Shown: positions 8,929-18,510 of the stretch, piece by piece
How the letters are laid out: each line of letters opens with the position of its first letter
Numbering within the stretch: position 1 is the stretch's first letter
From: an uncultured Chloroflexia bacterium
GTDB lineage: Bacteria > Chloroflexota > Limnocylindria > Limnocylindrales > CSP1-4
Length of the DNA: 64,000 bases
Assembly: GCA_963833225.1 (NCBI GenBank)
Contig: CAWHXD010000006.1
Span: forward strand, 160,001 to 224,000
Direction of reading: 5' to 3'
The notes under the pieces: generated by a model
What the model saw: only the letters and a program-made list of their open reading frames with translations
Told to the model about the DNA's origin: nothing
Databases searched by the model: none
Translations under genes and position numbers: made by a program

Positions 8929-9855
8929 TCAGCCGCCCAGCGCCCGGACCACCTGGTCGAGGTTCCAGGTCATCACGCCCACGTAGGTGTCGACCGGGGC
9001 ATCACCAACCGTGTCCGTGTACAGGTCGGAGACCACCACCACGCCCGTCTCGTCCGCGATGGTCCGCACGAGGTCCTCGCTGAACTGGGCCTCCGCGAAG
9101 ATCGCGCGGACGCTGTCCGCCCTGACCACGCGGATGAGGTTCGCAACGTCGCCAGCGCTCGGGTCCTGGCCGGGTGCGTCGACGATCGTGCCGTCGATCC
9201 GGAGGCCGTAGGCGGCGGCGAAGTACGGGAACGCATCGTGGAACGAGAGGACCGTGCGGTTTGCCTCCGGGATCGCCCCGAGCGTCGCGCGCAGCGTCGC
9301 GTCGAGACCGTCGAGCACCTCGGTGTAGGCGCTGAGCCCGGCCGCGTACTCGGCAGCGTGCCCCGGATCCACCGCCGTGAGCTGCTCGGCGATGCGCTCC
9401 GCGTACTTGGCGGCGTAGGCCGCGTTGAGCCAGAGATGGGGGTTTGTCGCCAGGCCGTCGGGGCCGCTCGTGATGTAGTCGACGCCGGGGAGGTCCTCGC
9501 CAAGGCGGACGACGGGAGCGGCCGTGCCCGCGTCGGTCACCAGGTTCGCCAGCCAGTCGTCGAGCCCCAGGCCGTTGAGGAACACGAGATCGGCGGCGGC
9601 GAGTCGCCGCACGTCTGACGGCGTGGGGTCGAAGGTGTGGACCTCGCCGCCCCGCGGCACGAGGCTGTCCACCGTCACCCGGCTGCCACCGACCTGGGCG
9701 ACCAGGTCGGCCAGGATCGTGGTCGTCGTCACCACCTGCACACCACCGGACGACGGTGCGGCCGCACCCCCCGTGTCGGCGCATGCGGCCGTGAGAACGA
9801 TCAGGATCAGGGCGGAGATCACCAGCGGCATCGCCCGCACGGGTCGGCGCGTCAT
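8929..9855 (-). CDS. znuA: Zn/Mn ABC transporter substrate-binding lipoprotein
   Basis: Lipobox LTAAC, EVHTFDPTPSD, NPHLWLN, FHDAFPYFA. Confidence 0.88.
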   Translation of the reverse strand: MTRRPVRAMPLVISALILIVLTAACADTGGAAAPSSGGVQVVTTTTILADLVAQVGGSRVTVDSLVPRGGEVHTFDPTPSDVRRLAAADLVFLNGLGLDDWLANLVTDAGTAAPVVRLGEDLPGVDYITSGPDGLATNPHLWLNAAYAAKYAERIAEQLTAVDPGHAAEYAAGLSAYTEVLDGLDATLRATLGAIPEANRTVLSFHDAFPYFAAAYGLRIDGTIVDAPGQDPSAGDVANLIRVVRADSVRAIFAEAQFSEDLVRTIADETGVVVVSDLYTDTVGDAPVDTYVGVMTWNLDQVVRALGG

Positions 9856-9861
9856 CCCGGC

Positions 9862-10329
9862 TCAGCCCTCCTGCGCCTGGGCCGACGCTGCCTGGCAGGC
9901 GGCGCACAGTCCGAAGATCTCGAGCCGATGCTCGGTGACCCGGAAGCTCGAGCGGCGCCCGATCTCGCCGAGGATCTCCGCGAGGCCGCGATCCGCCACA
10001 TCGAACGAGCGGCCACAACCGGTGCAGATCGCGTGGTGGTGGTGGATCGGGTCACAGGCGACGTAGGCGTGATCGCCCCCGGGCAGGTCGATCCGCTCGA
10101 CGAGGCCCAGCGACGCGAACAGGTCCAGCGCCCGGAAGATCGTTGCCCGGCCCACGTCCAGCTGCCGGCGGCGAGCGTCGTCCTCGAGCTGCGCCGCGGT
10201 GAAATGGCCCTCGCGAGCCGCGATCAGATCGGCGACGGCGCGCCGTGGCGCCGTGAGCCGCTGGCCGGCCCGTTGGAGCGCGGCGACAAGGTGGCCGCCG
10301 ATGGGGGCCTCAGCCGGTGCGGTGGTCAC
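9862..10329 (-). CDS. zur: Fur-family regulator (Zur-like)
   Basis: RLTAPRRAV, HFTAAQL, ATIFRAL, HHHHAICTGCG, FGLCAAC; sits inside the metal-ABC operon. Confidence 0.85.
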   Translation of the reverse strand: MTTAPAEAPIGGHLVAALQRAGQRLTAPRRAVADLIAAREGHFTAAQLEDDARRRQLDVGRATIFRALDLFASLGLVERIDLPGGDHAYVACDPIHHHHAICTGCGRSFDVADRGLAEILGEIGRRSSFRVTEHRLEIFGLCAACQAASAQAQEG

Positions 10330-11210
10330 GCCGGCGTTCCGCCGACCGCCAGGGCGTCGTCGACCACCACGGGATCCGACCGGTGCCGCCGCCTGGCGAG
10401 CGGTCCGCGCGGCCCGAGGAGGAGGGCCACACCGAAGGCGGCTGTCTGGACCAGGACGATGGTGGCGCCGCTCGCGACGTCGGCCCAGTAGGACACGTAG
10501 AGTCCCACGACCGCGCTGGCGATCCCGATCACGGCGGCCAGCAGCATCACCCGCGTGAACTGCACCGTGAGCAGCTGGGCGGCAGCTGCCGGGGTGACCA
10601 GCATGGCCACGACCAGGATGATCCCCACGGCCTGGAGGCTGACGACGATCGTGAGCGCGACCAGCGCCAGGAACAGGTACTCGAGGCGGTCGACCTTGAT
10701 CCCCGAGGCGGCCGCCCCGAGGGGGTCGAACGTCGCGTACAGGAGCTCCTTCCAGAGCACCGCGACCGTGGCGATGACGCCGCCACCGAGGATGAGCAGG
10801 GCAACCAGGTCCCCGGTTCCGATCGCGAGGACGTTGCCGAACAGGAAGCTGAACAGGTCGGCCACGTAGCCGCGGATGCTGCTGAACATGAACACGCCGA
10901 GGGCGAAGGTGCCGGCGAACAGCACCCCGATCGCGGTGTCCTGGCGCACGCCGGCCCGCTTGGTCACGAACCCGATGGCCAGGGCGGTGCCCACGGCCGC
11001 GATCGCTGCGCCGATGTAGAACGGGATGCCGAGCAGGTAGGCGGCGACGACACCCGGGAAGCCCGCATGGGCGATCGCGTCGCCGATGAACGCCACGCCG
11101 CGCAGCACCACATAGGTGCCCACCACGGCGCACACGACGCCCACGAGCGCGAGGGCGACCAGCGCCCGGATGAAGAAGCCGTCACCGAGGGGACCGAGCA
11201 GGAGGTCCAT
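10326..11210 (-). CDS. znuB: Metal ABC transporter permease
   Basis: FIGDAIAHAGFPG, FLFGNVL, TFDP, GIILVVAMLVTPAAAA. Confidence 0.9.
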   Translation of the reverse strand: MDLLLGPLGDGFFIRALVALALVGVVCAVVGTYVVLRGVAFIGDAIAHAGFPGVVAAYLLGIPFYIGAAIAAVGTALAIGFVTKRAGVRQDTAIGVLFAGTFALGVFMFSSIRGYVADLFSFLFGNVLAIGTGDLVALLILGGGVIATVAVLWKELLYATFDPLGAAASGIKVDRLEYLFLALVALTIVVSLQAVGIILVVAMLVTPAAAAQLLTVQFTRVMLLAAVIGIASAVVGLYVSYWADVASGATIVLVQTAAFGVALLLGPRGPLARRRHRSDPVVVDDALAVGGTPA

Positions 11211-12127
11211 CAGCGGTTCACCTCGTGGAAGTGGCGCTCGCCGGGGTTCGCGTCGTCGTGGTGGTGGGCGTCATCGAGGACGATCGTCGAACCACCCAGG
11301 ATCAGCAGGTGGCCGCCATACGCCGCCGCGAGCACATCGGTGTCGAGGACCAGCTCCGACGGGCCGTACGCGACCACCGTGCGGTTGATGGCGAGGACCT
11401 GCTGGAACCGTTGCGAGGCGCACGCGAGATCATGCGTCGTGGCGACCACGGTCTTGCCCCGCGCGGCCTGGGCCTCGAGAAGGTCCATCAGCAGCTCCTG
11501 GGTGGTGGCGTCGATGCCCGTCACCGGCTCGTCGAGCAGGAACAGGTCCGGCTCGGCGGCGAGCGCACGGGCCAGGAACACGCGCCGGCGCTGGCCGCCG
11601 GACAGCCGCCCGATCTGCGTCCCCAGATGGCCGTCCATGTGGACCTGTCCGAGGGCGTCACGGACGGCGCGCCGGTCGTCCGGACCGGGACGACGGACCC
11701 GCCCCAGTCGTGGAAAGCGGCCCATCATGACGACATCCTCGACCGAGACCGGGAATGCCCAGTCCACCAGCTCCGCCTGCGGGACGTAGGCGACCCGCCT
11801 CGCCTCCCGGCCCGCGGGGCCGCCGAGCACCTCGATCCGGCCGCTCCACGGGGTGGCCAGCCCGGCCATCAGCTTGAGCAGCGTGCTCTTGCCCGCGCCG
11901 TTGGGGCCCACCACCGCCAGCAGGCTGCCGGGCTCCACGGCGACGGTGACGTGCTCGAGGGCCGTGCGCTCGCCGTAGCCCGCGGAGACGTCGCTCAGCC
12001 ACACGTCCGCATGGGCGTGCGCATGGGCCGCGTCCACGCCGGCCGCCGGGTCGTGGTCGTGGCCGCGATGGGCAGGGATGCCCGCAGGGTGGGAAGTCCC
12101 CGGCGGAGCCGGGCTCAGGGTGTCCAT
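11210..12127 (-). CDS. znuC: Metal ABC transporter ATP-binding protein with His-rich termini
   Basis: GPNGAGKST, YVPQ, LSGGQRRR, LLDEP; HRGHDHD/HAHAHA at the N-terminus and HHHDD at the C-terminus. Confidence 0.9.
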   Translation of the reverse strand: MDTLSPAPPGTSHPAGIPAHRGHDHDPAAGVDAAHAHAHADVWLSDVSAGYGERTALEHVTVAVEPGSLLAVVGPNGAGKSTLLKLMAGLATPWSGRIEVLGGPAGREARRVAYVPQAELVDWAFPVSVEDVVMMGRFPRLGRVRRPGPDDRRAVRDALGQVHMDGHLGTQIGRLSGGQRRRVFLARALAAEPDLFLLDEPVTGIDATTQELLMDLLEAQAARGKTVVATTHDLACASQRFQQVLAINRTVVAYGPSELVLDTDVLAAAYGGHLLILGGSTIVLDDAHHHDDANPGERHFHEVNR

Positions 12128-12144
12128 ATGAGACACAGTATCAT
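12128..12144. promoter_or_regulatory. Zur/Fur-type inverted repeat overlapping a probable leaderless znuC promoter
   Basis: ATGAGAC-ACA-GTATCAT (7-3-7, one mismatch) abuts the znuC ATG; contains minus-strand TACTGT 7 nt before the ATG. Confidence 0.65.
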
Positions 12145-12237
12145 CTAGCGACACACGTCGCGAATCCTGCCCCAACGCCGCGTGTGCGCGACAATGCTGT
12201 CTGTTCCTCGCCCCCAGCACCAGACCGGAGGCCTCCC

Positions 12238-13071
12238 CTGAGCGGCAAACAACCCACCCCGTCGACCACCCGCAAGGAGCGTCGCGCCGCCGAGCGCCGC
12301 GACCGGTTCGAGGCCGCCCGGGAGGAGCGGCGCGCGCGCCCGGCCGGTGGCGGTGGCGGGCCCTCGTTCATCAACAGTCGGAACATGACCATCGCCGGCG
12401 TGCTGATCGGCGTGCTGATCGTGGCCGTCGTGGCCGTCGGCCAGCTGGGCAACAAGGCGACCGGCCGGCTTGTCGACCCGGGATTCGCCTACCAGGCTGC
12501 GGTCGAGGACGGGTCGAACCTGGGCTCGGTGGATGCGCCGGTCCTGCTCGAGGTCTTCGAGGACTACCAGTGCCCGGTCTGCGCCCGGTACTCGCTGGAC
12601 GTGGAGCCGACCATCGTCAACAAGTACGTGGCCAGTGGCCAGGTCCGGATCGTGCACCACGACATCGACCTGCTGGGCGGTGGCGGCGACGAGTCCCGGA
12701 TCCCGGCGCTCGGAGCCTACTGCGCGGACCAGCAGGGCCTGTACTGGTCCTACGCGCACTGGATCTACAACAACCAGGACGGTGAGAACCAGGGTGGCTT
12801 CCGGCGCGAGCGCGTGATCCAGATCGCGGTGGCGGCGGGCGTGGACGAGGCGGCCTTCAACACCTGCATGGACAGCCCGGAGGCGGCAGCCGACGTCACC
12901 CAGACCACCGACATGGCTGCCGGCCTGGGCATCAACTCCACGCCGACGCTGCGGATCAACGGTGGTGACCTGATCCGGTCGCTGCTGACCGCGACGGACC
13001 TGAGCACCCTGATCGATGCCGAGCTGGCCAAGGCCAGCGGGGCGCCGGCCTCCCCGACCACCGCCCCCTGA
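12238..13071 (+). CDS. Membrane-anchored DsbA/thioredoxin-fold protein
   Basis: EDYQCPVC active site, GINSTPT cis-Pro loop, one TM helix; probable CTG start 6 nt after GGAGG. Confidence 0.85.
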   Translation: MSGKQPTPSTTRKERRAAERRDRFEAAREERRARPAGGGGGPSFINSRNMTIAGVLIGVLIVAVVAVGQLGNKATGRLVDPGFAYQAAVEDGSNLGSVDAPVLLEVFEDYQCPVCARYSLDVEPTIVNKYVASGQVRIVHHDIDLLGGGGDESRIPALGAYCADQQGLYWSYAHWIYNNQDGENQGGFRRERVIQIAVAAGVDEAAFNTCMDSPEAAADVTQTTDMAAGLGINSTPTLRINGGDLIRSLLTATDLSTLIDAELAKASGAPASPTTAP

Positions 13072-13073
13072 CC

Positions 13074-13547
13074 ATGGACGACGGAATGCCGCGGGTCCGC
13101 CGTGGACCGCTTGGCCTGCCCCTGCTCGCCTTGGTGCTGGCCGGCACCGCGATCGCCGGGTACCTGGGCCTCACCCGGCTGATCGGCGAGCCGGCGGTCT
13201 GCGGGCCGAGCCTTGGCTGCGAGACCGTCGCCCAGTCCCCGTACTCGCAGGTGCTGGGGTTCCTGCCGGTCGCATACCTCGGGTTCGGGTTCTCGCTCGT
13301 GCTGTCAGCGCTTGCCGCGACCTGGTGGTGGCGATCGGACCGGCGGGCGCTGCTGGCGGCCTACGGCCTGCTGCTGCTCGGGACCCTGTTCGCCGCGTAC
13401 CTCACCTATCTTGAGCTGTTCGTGATCGAGGCGATCTGCCCGTGGTGCGTGTCATACGCGGTGACCATCGTCGTGGCGCTCGCGATCGCGGGGCTTGCCC
13501 TGCGGCGCAGCTCGCGGGGCCCGGACGCGTCAGCCGACCGTCCCTAG
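13074..13547 (+). CDS. Vitamin K epoxide reductase (VKOR) family protein
   Basis: CGPSLGCETVAQSPYS loop cysteines and ICPWC CXXC; directly after DsbA. Confidence 0.9.
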   Translation: MDDGMPRVRRGPLGLPLLALVLAGTAIAGYLGLTRLIGEPAVCGPSLGCETVAQSPYSQVLGFLPVAYLGFGFSLVLSALAATWWWRSDRRALLAAYGLLLLGTLFAAYLTYLELFVIEAICPWCVSYAVTIVVALAIAGLALRRSSRGPDASADRP

Positions 13548-14728
13548 CGGAGGGGTGCGTACCCCGTGAGCTCCACGTAGGCCTGGCCGCCCACCGAAGT
13601 GCCGTCGCGCGTCGCGACGACGACCTGTGAGCCCTCCCAGTACACGACGCCGGTGGTTGCCCTGGTGTCGAGCTCCTGCTGCGACACCGTCGGGGAGAGG
13701 CGGATCTCGAGTCCCTCGCCCGGCAGGCTGATCGTCCACGCGGCGGGGTAGCCGGCGCCGGTCCCGGGACTCGTCCAGTGGTCCGTGACCTCGATCGCGA
13801 AGTCCGACGCATCGAGGTGGCGGGTGGCACCGTCCGGCTGGACCAGCGTGCCGTACGCCAGCGGATACGTGCCGTCGGCCGCCCGCACCAGCGACAGGGT
13901 GAGGTCGCTGCCGTCGTCGAGGTTGACCGCGAACCAGTCCCACCCGCCGCCGCCAACCGAGATGAAGTCGCCCCACTGGTGGTCGAACCAGGCATCGCCC
14001 ACCACGTCGAGCGTCTCGGACCCCAGGGTCACCGTGCCGGTCGCGTCCATCGCCGTGCGCGAGTAGTAGTAGGAGCCGCCTGCGGGCCCGAAGTCGATGA
14101 AGCCGTCCGTGTCATGGAGCGCGGGCGGCTTGGTTGCGCGCAGCCGCAGGTCCAGCCCGAACCCTGGCACCGGGTCTCCGGACACCTCGCCGCCTGTCGC
14201 GGCCGCGATCAGCGCGTCGGACCCGTTGCCCCCGGCCATGGTCCATGGGACCCCCGGCAGGCGCGTCGGATCCGTCGGGTTGAAGCCGCTGACCACGAAG
14301 GCGAAGCCCGTCGGATCGCCGCCCGCGTCGCGCGGCGACTGGTCCACGCTGGGTCCGATCTCGGCCCGCTGTGCATAGTGGAACCCGCCGCCCGTCTCGT
14401 CGGTCAGCGCGAGGTGCGAGGCCCAGGTCACCGGAAACCCGCCGCGCTCGGCTCGGAACACGACGTACTCGAAGCCGAACCGGGATCCGTCGCCGGCACG
14501 GAGATGCCCGGTGTCGTACCACCACTCGGTGAGCCGGTCGTGCGGCCCGTCGTCGCGCGGGAGCTCGACGGGCTGGGGATCGGGGAGGCGCGGCGCAAGC
14601 GACGGCGGGGCCGCCTGGGCCGGCCGGGCCGCCGGGGGGTTGGCGAGCACGGGCCCGCCGCACGCCGCGACGACGATCGCGAGGACGACCGGCAGGGCGG
14701 GAACCATCGAGACCGAGCGGGATCTCAT
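13544..14728 (-). CDS. AttH/CrtC-like (lipocalin-like) secreted lipoprotein
   Basis: Lipobox VVAAC, HDRLTEWWY, SYYYSRT, AWFDHQWG, GWDWF, YWEG. Confidence 0.8.
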   Translation of the reverse strand: MRSRSVSMVPALPVVLAIVVAACGGPVLANPPAARPAQAAPPSLAPRLPDPQPVELPRDDGPHDRLTEWWYDTGHLRAGDGSRFGFEYVVFRAERGGFPVTWASHLALTDETGGGFHYAQRAEIGPSVDQSPRDAGGDPTGFAFVVSGFNPTDPTRLPGVPWTMAGGNGSDALIAAATGGEVSGDPVPGFGLDLRLRATKPPALHDTDGFIDFGPAGGSYYYSRTAMDATGTVTLGSETLDVVGDAWFDHQWGDFISVGGGGWDWFAVNLDDGSDLTLSLVRAADGTYPLAYGTLVQPDGATRHLDASDFAIEVTDHWTSPGTGAGYPAAWTISLPGEGLEIRLSPTVSQQELDTRATTGVVYWEGSQVVVATRDGTSVGGQAYVELTGYAPLR

Positions 14729-16992
14729 CGCGCCGCAGCCTCCGCCTCGGCCTCGGTGCGCGGAAGGACGCCCCGCAAGGCGCGGTCAAGGCGACCCGGC
14801 ACCCACCAGTTCCACTTGCCGAGCAGCCGCATCGTGGCGGGCACGAGCAGCGCCCGGACCACGGTCGCGTCGAGGGCCACCGCGATCGCCACGCCGAGAC
14901 CAAGCGCCTTGATCAGCACGATGTCGGCGAAGGCGAACGATCCGGCCACCACGACGACGACCAGGGCCGCGGAGCTCACGATCCGGCCGCTCCGCTCGAG
15001 GCCACGAGCCACCGCCTCGGTGTTGTCACCGGTCCGGTCCCAGACCTCCTTCATGCGCGAGAGCAGGAAGACCTCGTAGTCCATCGACAGCCCGAACAGG
15101 ACGCAGAACAGGATCACCGGCTGCGTGGTCTCCACGAAGCCCAGCGGCTGAAACCCGAGCGGCGCGGACAGGTTGCCGTCCTGGAAGATCCACACCAGCG
15201 CCCCGAAGGAGGCGGCGATCGAGAGGGTGTTCATCACCAGCGCCTTGATCGGCAGCACCAGGGATCGCAACAGCACGAACAGGACGAGGAAGGTGGTCAG
15301 GACGATGAACAACGCGGTCCGCGGAAAGTCCGCCCAGACCCGCGAGACCACGTCGTCCACATCGGCTGCCCCGCCGCCGACCAGAATGGTGAACCCGGCT
15401 GGCGGGGCCAGCGGGCCGGCCGGGTTGCGGAGCTCGCCGACCAGCGCCCGGGACGCATCGTTGTTGGGTCCAACAGGCGTGTACACGGTGAGCGCCGTCA
15501 GGTTGCCGCGGGTTGTGGACTCCAGCGCGCTGCTGACGACCCGGTCGGGCGGTCCACCCGGCGACGCATACAGGAGCTGGTACTGCGCCAGCGTGATCCG
15601 CGGGTCGAGGTCCACGATGCCCGACACGCGGCTGACGCGCGGGTCTGCGGCCAGCCGGCGCGAATACTCGTACAGCGCGGCGACGTTCTCCGGCGTGGTT
15701 GCGCTGCCCCGGGTGCGCACCGCGATCACGAGCGGCGCAAACTCGCCCTCGCCGAACTCCCGGACCAAAACGTCGTACGCCTCGCGGGATGGGACCGATG
15801 GCGGGAGGATCGTCGCGTCGGGCGCGTTGAACCGGACGTGCAGGAACGGGGTCCCCAGGACGAGCAGCAGGCCCAGGGTCGGGATGAGCACCGCGACCGG
15901 GTGGCGCATCACGCGCCGGGCAAGGCGGGCCCACGGCCCATCGGCACCGGGCTCGACGGTCACCTTCCGGACGCTCCAGCGGTCGATCCGCGTGCCCAGG
16001 ATCGCCAGGATCGCCGGCAGCAGGGTCAGGGCCGCCGCGACCGCGAGACCGACCACGATCGCGCCCGCGATGCCGACCGAGCGCAGGATCATGAACTCGA
16101 ACAGGACGAGGCCCAGGAGGCCCAGGAGCACGGTGAGCCCCGAGAAGAACACCGCTCGCCCGGCCGTCGCGACCGTCACCCGGACCGCCTCCGCGACCCG
16201 GTCCGGACCCTGCCGGTGGGCCAGCTCCTCGCGGAACCGGCTGGTCATCAGCAGCGAGTAGTCCACTCCCAGGCCGAGGCCAAGAAGCGTGGCCAGGTTG
16301 AGCACGAAGATGCTCATCGGCGTCACCGACGCCACAGCGTAGATCCCCGCCAGCGCGACCAGGACGCTCGCACCGCCGACCGCGAGCGGGACACCGGCCG
16401 CCACCACGCCGCCGAACACGAGCAGCAGTGCCAGCGCCGCCAGCGGCAGGGAGATCAACTCGCTGCGCCGGAGATCGCTCTCGGTCACGTCCTGGACGTC
16501 GCCGTAGAACGCCGGGCCGCCGCCGATCTGGACGCGCAGGCCGGGCACCTCGTGCAGCGCAGCGGCGACGGGCGGGATGGCATCGGGGGAGTCGTCGGGA
16601 GGGAGGTCGAGGAACACGATGTCGTAGGCCGTGTGACCGTCGGCGCTCACCTGGCGCGGCGCAAGCACGTGCGACAGGATCCGGGTCACGTGCGGCGCTC
16701 CGGACACGTCGCGGGTCGCCTCGTTCACCGCCGCGATCCACGTCGGCGTCCCGGCGCTGAGCGTGTCGGAGGTGTACACCAGCACGAACGCCGACGGCTC
16801 GACACCGAGCTCCTCGGCGAGGACCTGCTTGGCCCGCGCGCTCTCGAGATCGTCAAGGATGAACCCGCCCGCGGACAGGGCCCCGGGTGCCTGCGGGGCG
16901 AACGGGAGGGCGGCAAGGAGGAGGACGGCCCACGACGTCACGATCCACCACCGGCGGCGGACGGCAAACCGGCCGATACGATCGAAGCTCAT
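14725..16992 (-). CDS. MMPL family (RND) transporter
   Basis: GLGLGVDYSLLMTSRFREE, TAGRAVFFSG, FGLSMDYEVFLLSRMKE, LDATVVRALLVPA. Confidence 0.92.
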   Translation of the reverse strand: MSFDRIGRFAVRRRWWIVTSWAVLLLAALPFAPQAPGALSAGGFILDDLESARAKQVLAEELGVEPSAFVLVYTSDTLSAGTPTWIAAVNEATRDVSGAPHVTRILSHVLAPRQVSADGHTAYDIVFLDLPPDDSPDAIPPVAAALHEVPGLRVQIGGGPAFYGDVQDVTESDLRRSELISLPLAALALLLVFGGVVAAGVPLAVGGASVLVALAGIYAVASVTPMSIFVLNLATLLGLGLGVDYSLLMTSRFREELAHRQGPDRVAEAVRVTVATAGRAVFFSGLTVLLGLLGLVLFEFMILRSVGIAGAIVVGLAVAAALTLLPAILAILGTRIDRWSVRKVTVEPGADGPWARLARRVMRHPVAVLIPTLGLLLVLGTPFLHVRFNAPDATILPPSVPSREAYDVLVREFGEGEFAPLVIAVRTRGSATTPENVAALYEYSRRLAADPRVSRVSGIVDLDPRITLAQYQLLYASPGGPPDRVVSSALESTTRGNLTALTVYTPVGPNNDASRALVGELRNPAGPLAPPAGFTILVGGGAADVDDVVSRVWADFPRTALFIVLTTFLVLFVLLRSLVLPIKALVMNTLSIAASFGALVWIFQDGNLSAPLGFQPLGFVETTQPVILFCVLFGLSMDYEVFLLSRMKEVWDRTGDNTEAVARGLERSGRIVSSAALVVVVVAGSFAFADIVLIKALGLGVAIAVALDATVVRALLVPATMRLLGKWNWWVPGRLDRALRGVLPRTEAEAEAAAR

Positions 16993-17206
16993 ACGCGATC
17001 CCGTTCGGGGCAGGCCCGGCACCGGATGGCCCCACGGCACCGCGGGTTGAACGTGCTCATAGTCGGTAGCATGTTATGAGGGATCGACCGTCCGTGCCGG
17101 GCGGCACGGGTGCGGGGTTTCGAACGGCCCGCGCCGTTCTGCTAGGATCGTGCGGCCGCGCCCGGCGCGGCGCCCAGACGCCACCCCCCGTCCGAGGGAT
17201 GCCCGC

Positions 17207-17542
17207 GTGACCATCTTCACGATCTGGTTCCAGAACTTCCCGAACAACTTCGTCATCTTCCTGGCCGCAACTGCGCTCGCGGGCGGCTTTGTCTACACGT
17301 TCGCGCGATCCGCGATGGTGGCCGAGGGCGGACGCCGGGGCTGGTCCCGGCGTGTCACCGGCCCCAACTCCCGCCTGGTGTTCGCCGTGCTGTTCGTGGC
17401 CTGGGCCGTGGTCTTCGGCGTCGGGCTGCAGCTGGTCCCGCACGAGGGCGCGAGCTCGCCGTACGGCGGCATCGGCCTGATCGCGATGTTCAGCGGCTTC
17501 TTTATCATGATGGGCCTGATCTGGAGCGTGATCGGCGAGTAG
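17207..17542 (+). CDS. Small membrane protein (3 TM), unknown function
   Basis: GTG start after GAGGG; three hydrophobic segments; strong GC3 bias. Confidence 0.65.
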   Translation: MTIFTIWFQNFPNNFVIFLAATALAGGFVYTFARSAMVAEGGRRGWSRRVTGPNSRLVFAVLFVAWAVVFGVGLQLVPHEGASSPYGGIGLIAMFSGFFIMMGLIWSVIGE

Positions 17543-17570
17543 GCCGGCGCTGCAGGTCGACAGGCGCACG

Positions 17571-17596
17571 GAAGCCCGGCCAGCAGGCCGGGCTTC
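17571..17596. terminator. Hairpin between convergent genes (possible bidirectional terminator)
   Basis: GAAGCCCGGCC-AGCA-GGCCGGGCTTC, a perfect 11-bp stem. Confidence 0.65.
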
Positions 17597-17615
17597 GCGA
17601 TTCCTTGGCCCGGCG

Positions 17616-18254
17616 TCAGGGCAGCTGCTCGAGGATGCCCTTCGCGACGGCGTCGGTCGCCAGCAGGATCAGGTACGCGGTGTCGCCCTTGACGTAGACC
17701 CATTCGCCGAACCCGCCACCGCCGGCGGTGTAGACCTTCTTGCCGGCGATCGTGTCCTCGGTCATGTCGGTCGTGTCGACGCTCATCGCCGACAGAACGT
17801 CCTCCGCGTTCACGCCCTCGATCTGGACCGCGTAGATCAGGGCGCCGACGTCGCTGCCCTCGGAGGCGGCGATGGCGAAGTTGACGTCGTTGAGCGTCTT
17901 GCCGTTGGCGGTGAGGATCGGCTCGAGGGCGTCACCGCTGAGCCCCGCCGCGGCGCCAAGGATGCCCAGCTGGTCACCGTCGTAGCCGGTCCGCTGGAAC
18001 GTGACGTCGCCCACCTTCTCAGGGAGCGTCGATGCGAGGTTGTTCAGCTGGCCGTCGTTGCTGCCGCTGTCATCGGTCGGTGCCTCGGTGGCCGCGGGTT
18101 CCTGGGTGGCCGCCACCGTCGCCGCGGGTTCCGTGGTCGGCGCGACCGTCCCCTGGCCTCCGGTGGCCGCCGGGCTGGCGGCCGATCCTCCGCAGGCGGC
18201 GAGGACGAGCGACAGGCTCAGGGCGCCCACGATCAGGCGTCGATCGTTCGTCAT
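17616..18254 (-). CDS. Hypothetical lipoprotein
   Basis: AAGGAG RBS, lipobox VLAAC, Thr/Ala/Pro-rich tether, globular C-terminal domain. Confidence 0.75.
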   Translation of the reverse strand: MTNDRRLIVGALSLSLVLAACGGSAASPAATGGQGTVAPTTEPAATVAATQEPAATEAPTDDSGSNDGQLNNLASTLPEKVGDVTFQRTGYDGDQLGILGAAAGLSGDALEPILTANGKTLNDVNFAIAASEGSDVGALIYAVQIEGVNAEDVLSAMSVDTTDMTEDTIAGKKVYTAGGGGFGEWVYVKGDTAYLILLATDAVAKGILEQLP

Positions 18255-18442
18255 CGGACTGGTGCTCCTTTCGCCGGTGGCACGCGGAGCCGTCCAAGCG
18301 GACCCCCGGATGCCGATGCGGCGCGCGCACCGTAGCGGCCGCACCCAGTCGTGGTCAAGCCAGTGGATCGCATCGGCGTGGTCCCCGCAGTGCCGTGGAC
18401 GCTGGCCGGCCCCTCCGCTATGATTCGCGGTCCATACAGGGT

Positions 18443-18457
18443 GCATAGAATTTATGC
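18443..18457. promoter_or_regulatory. AT-rich palindrome upstream of kamA (candidate operator)
   Basis: GCATA-GAATT-TATGC in a divergent intergenic region. Confidence 0.4.
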
Positions 18458-18510
18458 GTCCGGCCGGTGGCGGCGATGACCGGCAGGGCGGACACCGGGA
18501 GGTTCGGCAG

